IMG/VR virus record: IMGVR_UViG_3300027396_000061
Coordinates: 1-33,042 of that record
Strand: one strand, 5' to 3'
DNA from: a virus
Lineage: Duplodnaviria; Caudoviricetes
DNA length: 33,042 nucleotides
The notes under the pieces were generated by a model, which did no database searches, was not told the origin of the DNA, and saw only the letters and a program-made list of their open reading frames with translations. The stretch's first letter is position 1. The number at the start of each line of letters is the position of its first letter. Made by a program: the position numbers and the translations under genes. Positions 1 to 9,565 of the stretch are shown one piece after another.

Positions 1-1435
1 CGACGGCGCGGGTTTCAGATCCATACACCTGACCACGACCAGCTGTCTCTGTGCCTGTTGTCCACGCTGATGGTTGCGTCGTGGTGCAAGTTTCTTGGCC
101 CCATACCCACAGCGTCCCCGTGGCCTGTGCCAAACCAAACTTGCTGATGCGCTCCCATTGAACAGTTCCTGGATCGGTGCCACGGCTGGTTTGCTCTGGC
201 GCGCCATAGGCCGCTGCACTGAACTCGTCGTAAGTCGGCAACCGCTTGCCAAAACTCCGCGCCACTTCACTAAAGACATACCACTTGCCATCGGCATAGG
301 CCGTCGTCCCATTGCCGCCATATTGCGCTGGGATCAATGGCGGGCTGGAGCCATCAGCAATCGTCAAGCCAATGCGGCTGCTGGGAACTGCGCTGAAACT
401 GTTACTGGCATAGCTGGTCGCACCAAGCAGATACAGGTCAATCCAAAATCCACCTTCGATACACGCCATTGCGCGTGGATCTGGGCAGCTCGGCCGCCAT
501 GTCAAATCCCAAATGCTGAACTCAAGAATCTCCGCTGCAGCTGTTGGCGCGCCGCCGTTGAAGCCAGTTGGCCTGCCAGCAGGGATGTAGTGATACCCGC
601 CGACAATGCTGCCGCCAGCCGCCACGGCGGGAGGTGTGACAAAACTCGCATCAGCGGCAAGTGCGCCTGTTGTGGGGTGCTGCCAAATTGCATAGTCAGC
701 ATTGTTTGTGTGCGTGCCAGGCATCGTCACTGCCGTAGCTGTCGAATAAAGCCGACCGTTTAACACCGCACCTGCTGCAATGCTGATGGCATTGGCTCCT
801 GTCTTGCTGAACAGTGAACCTCGATGCAATGCGGGGCGTCTGTTGTAAAGCAAGACTGACCGCAGTTGAGCAGCATCAACAGCACGCCCTGCAGTGCTAG
901 CTGCAACCGCAGCGGCGTCAGCCATCTGCACAGCACCCTGGGCAGAAGTTGATGCAGCAGGCAGTACAGTGCGGGCAACAAGATCACCAGCGTTTTTGGG
1001 ACGGAGTTCATTGCCAACCCTGTCCCACAGATCTTCAGCCTGTAGCTCTGCCTTCGTCGCATACTTCGCATCGTTGGCAATCGCCGCAGCCGCCGATCCA
1101 TCAGGTGTAGCTGTCACCCATGCCGTGCCATCCCAGATCTTGGTGACACTGGGGGTTGCGCTGGTATCAATCCAGATCTGACCCGTCGCCGGGGTGGTCG
1201 GTGCCATGGCGCTGGTCACCGTGGTGCCAACCTGCGACACCCAGGTAGTGCCGTTCCACACCTTGATGGTGCTCGGGCTGGTGCTGCTATCCACCCACAC
1301 CTGCCCGGCGGTGGGCGCAGCGGGGGCAGTGCTGCTGCCAGCCTGAGACCCGGCAACGATGTCGCCAAAGCTCACCTTGTATGTGTTCGTCCCTCGCGTG
1401 ACAGCGAAGACATCAGTGTTCTGTAGCTTGCTCAT
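1..1435 (-). CDS. mtd: Tail adhesin with C-terminal Mtd-like (major tropism determinant, C-type lectin/FGE fold) domain; 3' end outside window
   Basis: Not in the ORF track because there is no stop in the window. Manual translation from ATG 1435 is open to base 1: MSKLQNTDVFAVTRGTNTYKVS...GGYHYIPAG...EFSIWDLTWRPSCPDPRAMACIEGGFWIDLYLLG...TIADGSSPP...YGGNGTTAYADGKWYVFSEVARSFGKRLPTYDEFSAAAYG...SKFGLAQATGTLWVWG...GRGQVYGSETRAV. This is colinear with BPP-1 Mtd as I recall it. Confidence 0.88.
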   Translation of the reverse strand, partial: MSKLQNTDVFAVTRGTNTYKVSFGDIVAGSQAGSSTAPAAPTAGQVWVDSSTSPSTIKVWNGTTWVSQVGTTVTSAMAPTTPATGQIWIDTSATPSVTKIWDGTAWVTATPDGSAAAAIANDAKYATKAELQAEDLWDRVGNELRPKNAGDLVARTVLPAASTSAQGAVQMADAAAVAASTAGRAVDAAQLRSVLLYNRRPALHRGSLFSKTGANAISIAAGAVLNGRLYSTATAVTMPGTHTNNADYAIWQHPTTGALAADASFVTPPAVAAGGSIVGGYHYIPAGRPTGFNGGAPTAAAEILEFSIWDLTWRPSCPDPRAMACIEGGFWIDLYLLGATSYASNSFSAVPSSRIGLTIADGSSPPLIPAQYGGNGTTAYADGKWYVFSEVARSFGKRLPTYDEFSAAAYGAPEQTSRGTDPGTVQWERISKFGLAQATGTLWVWGQETCTTTQPSAWTTGTETAGRGQVYGSETRAV

Positions 1436-1437
1436 GA

Positions 1438-2466
1438 TCAGGGCAGCAGGGTGAGTTTGGAGATGTCCTTCGGCATGTAGTTCGCCTGCAACCCAGAAGG
1501 CGTCACCGCCTTGGTTGCCAGCGGTGCAGCAACGTCGTAAGCGGTCTCTGTGTTGGTGGCCAGCTGCACCACACCCTTGGCTGTGGTCAGTGCATCAGCA
1601 ACAGCAACTACCTTTGCGGTGTTGGGACCCGTGATCGTGATCGGTGCCGTACCACTGATGCCAGTGATGCCACCACCAGCAGCAGTAGCAATCGCATCGT
1701 TGGTGAGCTTCAGCTGGTCAGCAGTAACCACCAGACCAGCAGTACCAGCTGTGACTGCAGCTGCATCAGCCAGTTGCACCACACCCTTCACCGTGGTGCT
1801 GGCGTCCTGCACGCTGATCACCGGAGTGCTGGTGCCGGTCGCCACCTGGATTGGCGCAGTACCGGAGACGTTGGTGACGGTGCCAGGCTGCGCACCCGAG
1901 GCAATGCCGTTCAGTTTCTCCAGCTGCACTGCCGTGATCAGACCGGCCGAACCACCAGCACCAGCGGTGGATGCCACAGCATCAGCAACCCGCACATCCG
2001 GCGCTGTTGCCGTACCACCAATCGTGACCGGTGCAGTGCCGGTGACAGTGGTGACACCAGTGCTGGCACCAGCGCCAACGATGTCCCACTTGGTCCCATC
2101 CCACAGGACCATCTCACCAACAGCTGCTGTCCGGCCACCAATGCCAGTCCAGCCAGCATCAATCGCACCAGCGGTGGTGCTCACATACAGGTGACCAACA
2201 GCCAGGCCAGTGGTGACACCAGTGCCCGGTGCAGCCGTCAGGTTGGCAGTGCCCTTGTAGGTGAGAGCACCGGTGACATTGGCTGACAACGTGCCATCAG
2301 CTGTCACCGTCAGGTTGGTGCCAACCTTGATGCCACCCAACACAGCCGCAGTGGCGGGGTTGAGGGTGACGCCGTTCTGGAAAAAGGCTTTCAGCGTTTG
2401 AGCACTGACCTTGTAGGCCGTGGTGCCCTGCTGAATGACCATCAGGTCAGTGTTCTGTACAGGCAT
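1438..2466 (-). CDS. Tail fibre shaft/connector protein
   Basis: G/T/A/V-rich, with three (V/I)xGTAP(V/I)x repeats and two xTTxKGVVQLA fibre repeats. Lies between the gp17-like gene and the adhesin. Confidence 0.8.
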   Translation of the reverse strand: MPVQNTDLMVIQQGTTAYKVSAQTLKAFFQNGVTLNPATAAVLGGIKVGTNLTVTADGTLSANVTGALTYKGTANLTAAPGTGVTTGLAVGHLYVSTTAGAIDAGWTGIGGRTAAVGEMVLWDGTKWDIVGAGASTGVTTVTGTAPVTIGGTATAPDVRVADAVASTAGAGGSAGLITAVQLEKLNGIASGAQPGTVTNVSGTAPIQVATGTSTPVISVQDASTTVKGVVQLADAAAVTAGTAGLVVTADQLKLTNDAIATAAGGGITGISGTAPITITGPNTAKVVAVADALTTAKGVVQLATNTETAYDVAAPLATKAVTPSGLQANYMPKDISKLTLLP

Positions 2467-2471
2467 GGTTC

Positions 2472-3407
2472 TTAGGGAAGAGTGGCGAGAGGAGTCATGT
2501 CAAAGCCATAGGTCACAGTGCGCGGAGCAGTGCCCACAGTCGTCACCGTGATCGGGGCGTTGGACGCAAACACAAGGTCTGCACCACTACCCGGTGGACC
2601 AATCGGCCCTTGTGGACCAATCGGACCGGCAGGACCAGCAGGCCCCGCAGGGCCAGGGCCACCAGCAGGTCCCTGTGGTCCGGTATTCGCCAGCGTTACC
2701 CAAGCGCCAGCGTCTGCATCCCAGAACCGTTGGACCAGATCATCGGTATCGAACCACTGCTTACCGCTCTGTTCCTTCTGCGGCAGGCCGTAAGCAGTAG
2801 GGGTGCCGTCCTGCACATACGGATCAAGCCGAGCACTGATCGCATCGGTGGTGGCGATGAACTTGTCCTTGCCATCCTTCGGCCAGTCACCCAGCAGCTG
2901 GTCCAGCTTGTCGATGGTCTGGGCAATCTCTGTTGCTGTGCCCTTGTTTGGATCCTTGTTACGGGGCAGCTTGTTCCAGAACGCCAGGCTGGTCGCAGGG
3001 CTGCCACCACCTGGCACCGTCCACTGCCCATTGAGCAGCAACACCAGATTGTCGTGGTGTTCCTGAATCAGATACAGCCACTGCTTGTCTGATTCATTCA
3101 GATCATCCGCAATGATGTAGCTGCCATCCCTCCACTGAACGATCTGATCGTCTTCTGGCGTGATGCGCCTGACGGTCAACACCTCAGCTGGCTTGGGTGT
3201 GGTCCCTGCTACCGGGGCCTGGGGTGCAACGGTCAGCTGAATCTGCGTACCGCTGGTCCAGTTGTAGTCAGTCCCATCCTTCAGCTCCTTCCCGTCCAGG
3301 TAGACGTGAACGTGAACCCGTTGCAGATATGGGAAGGGAACGGAGAAGTTCTTCGCAACCCCGTCCCCTGTGTATTGCCGGTATGAGTAAGGGGTTGGTA
3401 TGGCCAT
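2472..3407 (-). CDS. T7 gp17-like tail fibre N-terminal adaptor with collagen-like segment
   Basis: N-terminus YTGDGVAKNFSVPFPYL...VHVYLDG...LTVRRITP...ADDLN is typical of the T7 tail-fibre attachment domain. Follows the internal virion genes. Confidence 0.88.
   Translation of the reverse strand: MAIPTPYSYRQYTGDGVAKNFSVPFPYLQRVHVHVYLDGKELKDGTDYNWTSGTQIQLTVAPQAPVAGTTPKPAEVLTVRRITPEDDQIVQWRDGSYIIADDLNESDKQWLYLIQEHHDNLVLLLNGQWTVPGGGSPATSLAFWNKLPRNKDPNKGTATEIAQTIDKLDQLLGDWPKDGKDKFIATTDAISARLDPYVQDGTPTAYGLPQKEQSGKQWFDTDDLVQRFWDADAGAWVTLANTGPQGPAGGPGPAGPAGPAGPIGPQGPIGPPGSGADLVFASNAPITVTTVGTAPRTVTYGFDMTPLATLP
2589..2681 (-). repeat. Collagen-like Gly-X-Y repeat
   Basis: Encodes GPQGPAGGPGPAGPAGPAGPIGPQGPIGPPG. 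Confidence 0.9.
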
Positions 3408-3416
3408 GTAATGGCT

Positions 3417-3428
3417 TGCACCTGTGCA
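3417..3428 (-). promoter_or_regulatory. TGCACAGGTGCA near-palindromic box upstream of tail fibre gene
   Basis: Identical 12-mer at 16896-16907. Lies 9 nt before the ATG, with a TAACGT (-10-like) hexamer 6 nt upstream. Confidence 0.55.
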
Positions 3429-3449
3429 CCCCTTACGTTATCGGTCTTG

Positions 3450-6400
3450 CTACAGGCGGCCCACTCCCAATGGGGACATCGTTTCCACGTACTGCTCAAG
3501 GCTGCCCTGTTTCTGTTGAACCACCTGCTTGAACCGCTCAGCGAATCCCATGCTGTTGTTCAGCAGTAAAGCCTTGATCGCTTGGTCGTCGTAGTAGTTG
3601 ATGATGTCGTCGATCGGGGCGTAGATGTCCCCGCCAGCGGACTGCTTCCGATCGTTCAGCGACTTACCAGGCTGCACCTTCAAACTGGGGCTGACTGATC
3701 CACCAGGGTTATTCAGCAGTGCCTGGTAGTCCGGGTCACGGAACAGCGCACGCAATGCACCCTGCATGTCATTGCCTTCCACGTACTGCGTGATGTCCAG
3801 CAACCGGCCAGAGGATGCTGGTGGTTCCACCCCTCGAATGGTGCGCATCTGATCGCGGTAGTAGCCCTCCTCCTCGGTGGTCATCTGCAGTTGCACGCCA
3901 CCCATCGACACCTTGCCATCGGGTCTGGGCTTGTCACCGAAGCCATGCTTGGCCAGCTCCTTGTAGAGCCAGTCATCAGGCTTGATCACAGGCATGAAGG
4001 GGATGGTCATGTCCAACGGCAGGCCAAGCGGTCGCTGGATGGTGTTGCCCAACCAGTCCTTCTCGCGTGGCACTGCCATCCCGATACCTGGGTAGTTGGC
4101 ATGGGCTGAAGCGAAGGCCTGACCCAACAGTTCAAACGGTGCAGAGATCAGGTTCCACAACGGATCCTTCTTCAGTGCTGCCATCTCATCAGGCGTCATC
4201 GCCCGACGTGGTGCCTGCATTTCCTCAGGGTCAGACACCGAACGGGTCAGGTTGCTGAGGAATCCACTGACTGGCATCAAGCCACCCATCTGTGAACCAA
4301 CCAGCCGACCTAGGTCGTAACGCGATGGGTCCTGCGCCCAGTTCATTACATCACTGATGTTCTTCAGTGCTGCCTTGTTCTTCAGCAGTTCACCGTGGGC
4401 CAGCATGATCTTGCCAATGGCCATGCCGGCATCGTTGTTGCCGATCAACCCGTCATGCCAGGCACGCAGCACATCAGCGTGCAGACCCATCAGGTCAATG
4501 ACATCAATGCCACTGCCACGGAACTTGGCAGCACCAAGCATCGTGCCAGCCAAGCTGAAGCTATAGGACGGTGCCACCCGACGCTCACGATCACGCTGCC
4601 GTGGGTCGTTGCTGCCACCATCAGTGAAGACACCTGACTCCCACAGTGCATGGGTGATGCCAGCAATCGCCATCGACACCAGCGTGCGAGCACGGGCATC
4701 AGCCATCTCCTCCATGGTGAATGGCTTGTTCTTGGCAAAGGCCTGCCGTCCTTCCATCAGCAGCTGACGTGGCATCTGGATCAATGCCTCACGGTTCAAC
4801 ACCCAGCCGATGCCATTCATTGGCACCTTGAAGAACGGCACCAACCAACCCACAACTGGGTTCTGACGGGTCATGTTCAGACCAGCCATGACCTGGTTAT
4901 CGAAGGGCCTCGTGAACGTGACGTTCTCACCACGCTCATAACCAATGGCACCTAGCTCACTGTTCTTGTTCGGGGCGTTCTTGTACTGGTCGTACAACAT
5001 TGCCCGCAGCTCATCATCCGATAGCTCATCACCAACAGGGATTCCGTACTCCGCGTTCCGCTTCCTGCGATACGCCGCAAGCATGTCGTCGGTGTAGATG
5101 CCATCGAAGATCAGGCCCTCGGCCAGTTCATCAGCCCTGTCCTGGATCCATTCGATGGACTTGCCAGCAGCACGTCCCTCCTCTGACGCACGGAGGAACG
5201 CCTCATGGTTGGTCTTCCACACATAGGCCTGAGTCCTGATGAACTCATCACCCATGTTCAACAGACGGAAGGGCAGGCCATAGCCAGCATCCGTACCGAA
5301 CCTCTCGCCCACCTGCCCGAACACCTGCCAGACAGCAGCGTTCATGGCGTTGAACATGTTGATCGGATTGGCCAGAGAAGCGGGATCAGTCTTGAACTTC
5401 TCGAATGTGTTGTTGATCAGGGACTTGGGATCCTCGAACAGGTTCTTCTGATCAACGAACTTGAGGTTCTCATCCCCCATCGTTCCCTTCCCAGTACGGA
5501 AGGACTCAGAAGCATTGCCCCATGCCATGCCCCATGCTGAGTTGAACTGTCGCCAGGCATGAGCAGAAGCCTGCAGGCCATCGAACATCCCTGGCTTGAG
5601 GGCGTTCTTGTTCATGGTCCTGATCACACCAGACACGGTGTCTTCAGCCATGTAGGTGGCTTGCACCAGCGCACCAGACAGTGGGTTGCGAACAGCCCAG
5701 CTGGCTACAGAGGACAGCAGGTTGGCGCGACGGAAGGTGTTGAGCAGCCTGAGGTCAGCCATGAAGCCGCCTTCATTCACACCACCTCCAACGGTTTGGT
5801 TGAGGCGCTTCGCTGCTGCACGCTTACGCAGCTCAGAGGCATTGCCCTCAGCTGTCAGCTTCAGCATGTCGGCAACCAGTGAGTTGCCCTTCACCTTCTC
5901 CAACGTGAGGAACTCAGCGTCCTTACCGATGTCCACCAAGGAGAGGTCAAAGTCCTGTTTGAACTGACGGGTCACCAGTGCCTGGCCAACCTTCCGTCCA
6001 ACAAAGGCATCCAGCTGCTCAAACACATACGCCCATTGCGCCACGTTTGCGGCCTGGGCTTTCAGTGCATCAGATGCAATGCCCTGCTCGATGGCATCAG
6101 CCATCTCATCCAAGGCGTCGGCGTACTGACTGGCGCTATCCCACTTGGCCTTGGCCACCATGTACACCGTGGCCGGTAGCTTCTTCAGTCCTCTGGTCCT
6201 GTTGCCCAGTTGCTTTGCAATCTCAGCTGGGTCACCACCTGAGCGTGCAGCGAGGATCTGCAGTTCCTTGCTGGCCACCTCAGCAGTCCACACCTGCTTC
6301 AGCTCTTGACCCTTCTTGGTAGCAACACGGGTCTCACCCATCACCTCAAGCAAGGTGGCAAGGTTGTCCTTATCTGGCTCCAGCTGGGAGTAATTGAGCA

Positions 6401-6692
6401 TCCGGCCAGTGCGACCAGCAGGCTTGCTCTTCTGATCAAACGATGAACGGACCAGCTGCCTGACCTGTTCATCACCCATGCGCACAGCATCAAGCTCGAC
6501 CTGTTTGATCCACTCCTGTGAATCAACACCGACCTTCTTGCCATCCCAGGTGCGCAAGATCTTTGGCTTGCTACTGGCGGTCTCATCAGCCAAATCAACC
6601 CGTGCTTCAAGCCCGCGCTTGGCGGACTCGATAGCTGCAAGGCGATCATCAATCTCTTTGAGCTGTTGGTTGAGGTCGTTGCAGCTAGCCAT
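3450..6692 (-). CDS. Internal virion (ejection) protein, gp16-like
   Basis: About 1080 aa helical protein immediately before the tail fibre gene, containing the motifs NLLSS and RLLNMGDEF. ATG 6692 overlaps the upstream stop (TAATG). Confidence 0.75.
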   Translation of the reverse strand: MASCNDLNQQLKEIDDRLAAIESAKRGLEARVDLADETASSKPKILRTWDGKKVGVDSQEWIKQVELDAVRMGDEQVRQLVRSSFDQKSKPAGRTGRMLNYSQLEPDKDNLATLLEVMGETRVATKKGQELKQVWTAEVASKELQILAARSGGDPAEIAKQLGNRTRGLKKLPATVYMVAKAKWDSASQYADALDEMADAIEQGIASDALKAQAANVAQWAYVFEQLDAFVGRKVGQALVTRQFKQDFDLSLVDIGKDAEFLTLEKVKGNSLVADMLKLTAEGNASELRKRAAAKRLNQTVGGGVNEGGFMADLRLLNTFRRANLLSSVASWAVRNPLSGALVQATYMAEDTVSGVIRTMNKNALKPGMFDGLQASAHAWRQFNSAWGMAWGNASESFRTGKGTMGDENLKFVDQKNLFEDPKSLINNTFEKFKTDPASLANPINMFNAMNAAVWQVFGQVGERFGTDAGYGLPFRLLNMGDEFIRTQAYVWKTNHEAFLRASEEGRAAGKSIEWIQDRADELAEGLIFDGIYTDDMLAAYRRKRNAEYGIPVGDELSDDELRAMLYDQYKNAPNKNSELGAIGYERGENVTFTRPFDNQVMAGLNMTRQNPVVGWLVPFFKVPMNGIGWVLNREALIQMPRQLLMEGRQAFAKNKPFTMEEMADARARTLVSMAIAGITHALWESGVFTDGGSNDPRQRDRERRVAPSYSFSLAGTMLGAAKFRGSGIDVIDLMGLHADVLRAWHDGLIGNNDAGMAIGKIMLAHGELLKNKAALKNISDVMNWAQDPSRYDLGRLVGSQMGGLMPVSGFLSNLTRSVSDPEEMQAPRRAMTPDEMAALKKDPLWNLISAPFELLGQAFASAHANYPGIGMAVPREKDWLGNTIQRPLGLPLDMTIPFMPVIKPDDWLYKELAKHGFGDKPRPDGKVSMGGVQLQMTTEEEGYYRDQMRTIRGVEPPASSGRLLDITQYVEGNDMQGALRALFRDPDYQALLNNPGGSVSPSLKVQPGKSLNDRKQSAGGDIYAPIDDIINYYDDQAIKALLLNNSMGFAERFKQVVQQKQGSLEQYVETMSPLGVGRL

Positions 6693-9562
6693 TAGCACTT
6701 AGCTCCTTGTTGTTGGCGAAGGATCTGATCCCGTTGTTTGAGGAGATCGGCCGTCTCCTTATCCAAGACGGTGTTGGAACGCTTTGCACGTTCACGCTCA
6801 GCGTTGTACTCAGCACGCTTGGCCTTCTTGGCTGCCGCGGCCTGCTCCCTGCTGGGCTTTGGAATAGCTGCTTCGTTCACCACCACGGGATTGCCGTTGT
6901 CGAACTTCAGCGCATACACCGCTGGCTCACGAGGAGGTGTTGCAGCCTTCGCTTCCTGTGTTGCCTTGGCACCGGCAGCCATCTTGTCCAGCTGCGCCGG
7001 CGTCAGATCAGAACGCGCAGCAGGTGTTGGGTCACGGAAGCGCTCGCTGTAAGGAGCCAGGGAATAGAACCCCTCACCCAATACACCCAACTGCTTCCGC
7101 TCTTCCCACGTCAGCTTGTCCCACCCATGCGCCGCCATGTAGGCCTGACGCTGAGCACGCTGCGCTTCAGCATCCAGCACCTGGTACTCAAACCGCAGAC
7201 GCATCTCCTCCACCAGGGAGTCAACGTTCTTGCCGCCAGCCTTGTAGGTGGGCATGGCATCGGTGGCATACGCCAACGGCAGCTGACCACTTTCATCAGC
7301 CAGCAGCTCACCAATGAATGAACTCTGCTCAAACTTGGTGACAGGACGGTTGGGCAGTGGGCTGAAGGGTGCCTGTACCTCACCGTTAGCGATGGCCTTC
7401 TGCAGGATCTGAGCCTTCAGACGCTCACGGGTGTTGGCATCCATGCCACGAGGGGCATAGTCCTCAAGAGGAACCACCACCTCATTGCCATCGGCATCAA
7501 GCACCTTGCCCATGCCAGGCACATCCAGTTCCGCCGGTCGGTCAAACAGTGGTGCTGAGTCACCGAAGTCATTGGCCTTCAGCTGCATCGCCAACTGCTC
7601 TGGCTCTGGTGGCAGGTAGCGACCGCGCTGCTCGCTGATCTCAACCAGTGCATCAATGATGTCCTGCTTCTTGGCTTGCCATACCCGCCGGCCAGTGCGT
7701 GCCTTCACCAGTGCTGCCACCTCAGGGCTCGATTCAGGCATGGCCAAGCGACGCAGCTGATCACGTGTCCACCCCGTCAGTGCGTTGCGGTAGTCATCCG
7801 CTGTCCGGTAGCCGAACTCGCTCGCAGTGCTGGTGATCTCCTTGAACGGTGGCAGCTTCACCGCAGGCAGCAGATCAAGCTGACCCTGCTGTTCAATGCG
7901 CAGCTGCAGCTGATCACCAACCAGTGATTCAGGCACCCGTGCACGGGATTCAATGCCACGCAGCGCTAGCTCTGCATCAGTCAGTGCCTTCTCTGCTTTG
8001 GTCAGCAGACGCTTGGCACCGGTATCTGTGATCTCACCAGCATCACGGCGTGCATTGATCTGCTCGATCTGCTGCTGTGCTGCTGCAACCTGCTGCTGAA
8101 CAGCTTCCTGTTCCTGCACCATCCGTGCATCAGCATCCTCACGCCAGACACGGCTATGGATCTGACGCAGCTCTGCATCACTCAGCTCATCCAGGTTGGC
8201 CAGGTAGGTGTCTAACTCCGGCCGGCCATCAGGCATGTCCAGCTCCGGCTGCACCGGTGGCCGTGCATCCATCGCATCCTGTGCCCTGCCGCTTTGGATC
8301 AGATCACCGATCTGCTGGTCGATGTTCGCCAGCTCCTGACCAACGTCCTGTCCGCTCTCGGTGGCTTGTTTGATCAGCTGACCACGCTGCGTCTGCAGCT
8401 GTCTGACCTGCAGCCTGATCTCAGGGTCAACACCAGCATCAAGGCTGAACTCCAGCTGGCCACCTTCACCACGCTGCACCAGACCCATGCCTTCCAGGCG
8501 TTGGCGTTGCTGCTCGACCTGCTTGATCTGCGTCTGCTCTTGCAGTGAACGGCTGATTGCTGAGTCGTACTGCGCAGCTGGTGCTTCCAGCCGGCCGTAG
8601 TCAAAGCCCGTCTGACCAAAGGCAGGCAGTGACTTGCTGCCGTTATCCACCAGATCAGCAGCTGCAGCCGGTGGCAGTGCAGGACCAGCAGGTGCCTGCG
8701 GCATGTACGGCGCCAGCTCTGCATCAGCCAGCTCGTCTAACCAACCCAACCCACCGGTGGCCATCCCTTCACGGATGGGTTTGATCAATGCACCAGCACC
8801 AATCAATGCAAGCGGTGCAGCTAGACCCTCAACACCAAGCGACTTGCCCAGGGCCTGCAGGTAGTTATCGCCAGGCTCAACACGACCCGGCAGCTTCAGG
8901 CCAAAGGCGTCACCCAGGTTCGCCAGGTTGCCGTCCTGTGCATCGAGGAACGGAACAGCAAGCGTGGTGCTGACCAGTGCCTCGCCAACGTTCTTCCCAG
9001 CGTTCAGACCAGCACGCAGTGTTGGGTTCACCTTCGCTGCAACAGCTGCACTCTTGACGGCCTGCGTCTTCTTCAACGCTTGCGCTGCTTGTTGCAGTCG
9101 GCGGATGTTCTGCAGTCGGCCAAGGATTCCGATACCCACCAGCTCAGCACCTATCCCCTCGCCAACCTCCAGACCTGCCTGGTCTGATGGCCCCACGTAC
9201 TGCCCCACCCCAGCACGCCAGGGGTTCAGGCGACGTGCGTTTTGATCGCTGATCGTCCAAGCATCCGATACATCAATCGGCTTGCCCTGGACCAGATCAC
9301 CAACAGCATTACCCAGCTTGCTGATGCCATTCACCGGGCCAGTGAAGATGCCCATCTTGGTGTCAGGGCTGGCCAGGACATTGGCGAACTGCGTCAGACC
9401 CTTCAGGACAGGGCCAACAACAGGCACAGAACCAGCAGCGTTCTCAATGCGCTGGTTACCAGCAGCCCGTGCCTCACCCGCACCCATCTTTGGTGGCGTC
9501 TTAGGCGGTGACCACGTGGGTTCGTAGCTATCGACTTCAGGTGGGAGATCGAACTTCGGCAT
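6692..9562 (-). CDS. Additional large internal virion protein (956 aa), Gln-rich coiled coil
   Basis: Long ORF between the gp15-like and gp16-like genes, with N-terminal hydrophobic/Gly segments followed by Q/E-rich helices. Function inferred from position only. Confidence 0.6.
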   Translation of the reverse strand: MPKFDLPPEVDSYEPTWSPPKTPPKMGAGEARAAGNQRIENAAGSVPVVGPVLKGLTQFANVLASPDTKMGIFTGPVNGISKLGNAVGDLVQGKPIDVSDAWTISDQNARRLNPWRAGVGQYVGPSDQAGLEVGEGIGAELVGIGILGRLQNIRRLQQAAQALKKTQAVKSAAVAAKVNPTLRAGLNAGKNVGEALVSTTLAVPFLDAQDGNLANLGDAFGLKLPGRVEPGDNYLQALGKSLGVEGLAAPLALIGAGALIKPIREGMATGGLGWLDELADAELAPYMPQAPAGPALPPAAAADLVDNGSKSLPAFGQTGFDYGRLEAPAAQYDSAISRSLQEQTQIKQVEQQRQRLEGMGLVQRGEGGQLEFSLDAGVDPEIRLQVRQLQTQRGQLIKQATESGQDVGQELANIDQQIGDLIQSGRAQDAMDARPPVQPELDMPDGRPELDTYLANLDELSDAELRQIHSRVWREDADARMVQEQEAVQQQVAAAQQQIEQINARRDAGEITDTGAKRLLTKAEKALTDAELALRGIESRARVPESLVGDQLQLRIEQQGQLDLLPAVKLPPFKEITSTASEFGYRTADDYRNALTGWTRDQLRRLAMPESSPEVAALVKARTGRRVWQAKKQDIIDALVEISEQRGRYLPPEPEQLAMQLKANDFGDSAPLFDRPAELDVPGMGKVLDADGNEVVVPLEDYAPRGMDANTRERLKAQILQKAIANGEVQAPFSPLPNRPVTKFEQSSFIGELLADESGQLPLAYATDAMPTYKAGGKNVDSLVEEMRLRFEYQVLDAEAQRAQRQAYMAAHGWDKLTWEERKQLGVLGEGFYSLAPYSERFRDPTPAARSDLTPAQLDKMAAGAKATQEAKAATPPREPAVYALKFDNGNPVVVNEAAIPKPSREQAAAAKKAKRAEYNAERERAKRSNTVLDKETADLLKQRDQILRQQQGAKC

Positions 9563-9565
9563 GGG

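Noticed and set aside
74-763. 229 aa plus-strand ORF and the many other plus-strand ORFs opposite structural genes (e.g. 17069-18208)
   Set aside because: Antisense shadows of well-supported minus-strand genes, with no recognisable motifs.
8250-8259. TGCACCGGTG variant inside a coding region (another at 22010-22019)
   Set aside because: Intragenic and compatible with chance in GC-rich DNA. It also shows that the degenerate form of the motif is weaker evidence than the exact decamer.
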